Under the pieces are notes generated by a model. It was not told the origin of the DNA, did no database searches, and saw only the letters and a program-made list of their open reading frames with translations. Of a stretch of DNA of 64,000 bases, positions 62,147 through 64,000 are shown in pieces (the first letter of the stretch is position 1; every line of letters begins with the position of its first letter). Source of the stretch: the human T2T-CHM13v2.0 reference genome, Homo sapiens; NCBI RefSeq assembly GCF_009914755.1, contig NC_060942.1, one strand, 5' to 3'. The position numbers and the translations under genes are program-made.

Positions 62147-64000
62147 TCCACAAACCTTTTAAGTCTACAATTTTACATAGTTTTCCATCAGGGAGGCAAG
62201 ATATATATAATTTCTTTTTATATTTAACTAAAGGTTTTAAGAGGGCTTAGTCTGTAAATCAGTAACAATTAGTCATAACACCATACAAACACATTTAAAT
62301 ATTCAGGAAAGAGGTTTTTAAGATTATTGCTTAGTCTTATAAAATGGTGAATTTTAATCAAATTGATACCTCTGTATTCTTATTTATGTTTCCTATACTC
62401 TTACATCATACTGCTTGGCAAGTAATGTAAGTTTTGACATAATTTAAAAATTCAAGTAGTTGTAAACAAATCCTAATTTGTTAACAATTCATATATTCCC
62501 CTTTACTTACTATACTACCTCAGAATTAATCCTCCTTAAAAAAGCAATCATCCCACATAGAAAAAACTGCAGAGCTTCATCTCTTCCTTAAATATTTTCA
62601 AGTACCGTAAGAACACAAATCCATGAAAAAAACTGATTAAAATTGGACATTTCATTAAAATTGGACATTCACAATTAGCTTTACTAATTATGGAATAATA
62701 CAAAGACATAAAAAAAGTTCCTTAATATTTCTTTGCTTAACAGAGAAATACAAAGAAATACTGCAATTATGGTTATGGGCTATTTTTCAGCCTCTTCAAG
62801 TACAGGACACAACTATGGTTCCTACCAGTAGGGAGAAACGAATAATCAATCTTACATAACACGAAAGAAAGATGAGAGGCACAAAAAGATAAACTGACTT
62901 TGGCTTTTAAGAACCTAATGTTAACCCTGAAATGCCACATTCAGTAACACAACAACAAAACAAAAGATGACAGCAGCAAGCCACCACTTCACACAGTATT
63001 AAAAATTCTGAAATACGTAATAGCCTTCCTCCCATCTCCCACTCAATCTGCTGTGTCGTCTTTTTGTTTTTCCTGCTTTTTAGCTGCAGGCAGTTCAAGG
63101 CTTGCCCACTGCATCGGTTCAGCTTTTCTCATAGTGATTTCAATCTTTGTTGCAGTCATAGTTAATAACTTCGCTTTACATCAATCACACCCCATAATTT
63201 CACATTTTGATCAAATTCCTTCTCTCCTTCAAATACAATATGCGCATCTAACAATGTGCTATTTGCTTCTACTCGACTAAGTTCTGGAAGTGAATTTTTA
63301 GCCTATACTGAAATGGTAACTTCACCTCCAGTCTGATGCCAGTCATGTCTACATGGAACAACTTTTTTCCCAGCATCTTTTTTAGTCCACATGTTTCTCT
63401 TTTGTACAGCCCTCTTGGTCTAAGAATGTATTAAAATCAGAAGTTTTTCTTCTACAACAGCTCCAGTATTTCGTCCCCTCATGGAAAATAGGTACTCCAG
63501 AATGATATACACAGACTTCTTCTAGACTCTCTAGACCCCGATATGTCTTTGAACACCCTCCATTCTTACATGAGGTCCCAATCTTAATTTCATCATTGTC
63601 TTCTTTTCTTATTTTCTTCATTCCCTGATGACAGTTTAAGTTTATCAAGTGCTTGTTTTAGGGAGGCAGATATTTTTAATTCCAAATTTGTCATTGGTTC
63701 ATCTGGGCTTGGTCTTTTTATCGCGTCTACTGTCTTAGGGGCTTGAATGTGTTCCTGAAATTTTGGTTTTAATTCAGATAGTTCCTTCTTCTCAGTAGTC
63801 TTGACCTCAGGTTTGACTGGCTCAGGTGGCTTCTCACTATTATGTCTACCTTTTGTACAGCCTACAATGCTTAAGAAATCAGAAAAATCAGTTGTTCTTC
63901 TCTTACAGCAAGACCAACCCTTTAATGCATCGTGAAAGACTGGAACGCCTGGGTGATATGTGCAAGCATCGTCGGAATTGGTCTCAGGATCGAAGCGCTG

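Larger units (their letters stand above)
60694..64000 (-). pseudogene. CHORDC1P: Processed CHORDC1 (Morgana/CHP-1) pseudogene in LPIN2 intron 4; continues past the window end
   Basis: Intronless CHORD-I ([35 protein letters not shown]), CHORD-II (CKNGGC...[17 protein letters not shown]) and CS domain ([16 protein letters not shown]) down to the parental stop at 63043-63045. Frameshifts near 63605, 63390 and 63165; TAG at 63303-63305. AT-rich 3'UTR-like tract, AATAAA at 60740-60745, A-tail at 60694-60715. Confidence 0.93.

Noticed and set aside
63382-63648. 88-aa ORF containing CHORD-II as a functional gene
   Set aside because: A segment of the pseudogene between two frameshifts, with a non-ATG start.

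Overview
Human (primate) genomic DNA, recognisable as the EMILIN2/LPIN2 locus on 18p11.3. The + strand carries the last six exons of EMILIN2 (exons 3-8: end of EMI domain, 1926-nt coiled-coil exon, Pro-rich/collagen-like stalk, gC1q domain), with two poly(A) signals (31552, 33471). The - strand carries 16 coding exons of LPIN2 (exons 5-20, lipin-2 phosphatidate phosphatase with DIDGT and LGQIL motifs), ending about 1 kb tail-to-tail from EMILIN2. LPIN2 intron 4 holds a processed CHORDC1 pseudogene with 3'UTR and poly(A) tail, itself interrupted by an AluY. The rest is Alu-dense intron with MST/MLT1/MER50 LTRs, MER33, MIR, L1/L2 remnants and an intragenic CpG island. Exon boundaries were read by hand from GT/AG sites and reading-frame continuity. 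Exon numbering and repeat subfamily names come from memory, and repeat edges are approximate. The two best leads: (1) EMILIN2 exon 4 is flanked by inverted Alus and, if back-spliced, is a stop-less 642-codon circle; (2) the CpG island holds a Kozak ATG and a 5' splice site in frame with exon 5, predicting a 381-aa leaderless gC1q isoform. Most ORFs in the supplied track are Alu- or GC-derived artefacts. No prokaryote-style system (CRISPR, operon, rRNA/tRNA) is present.
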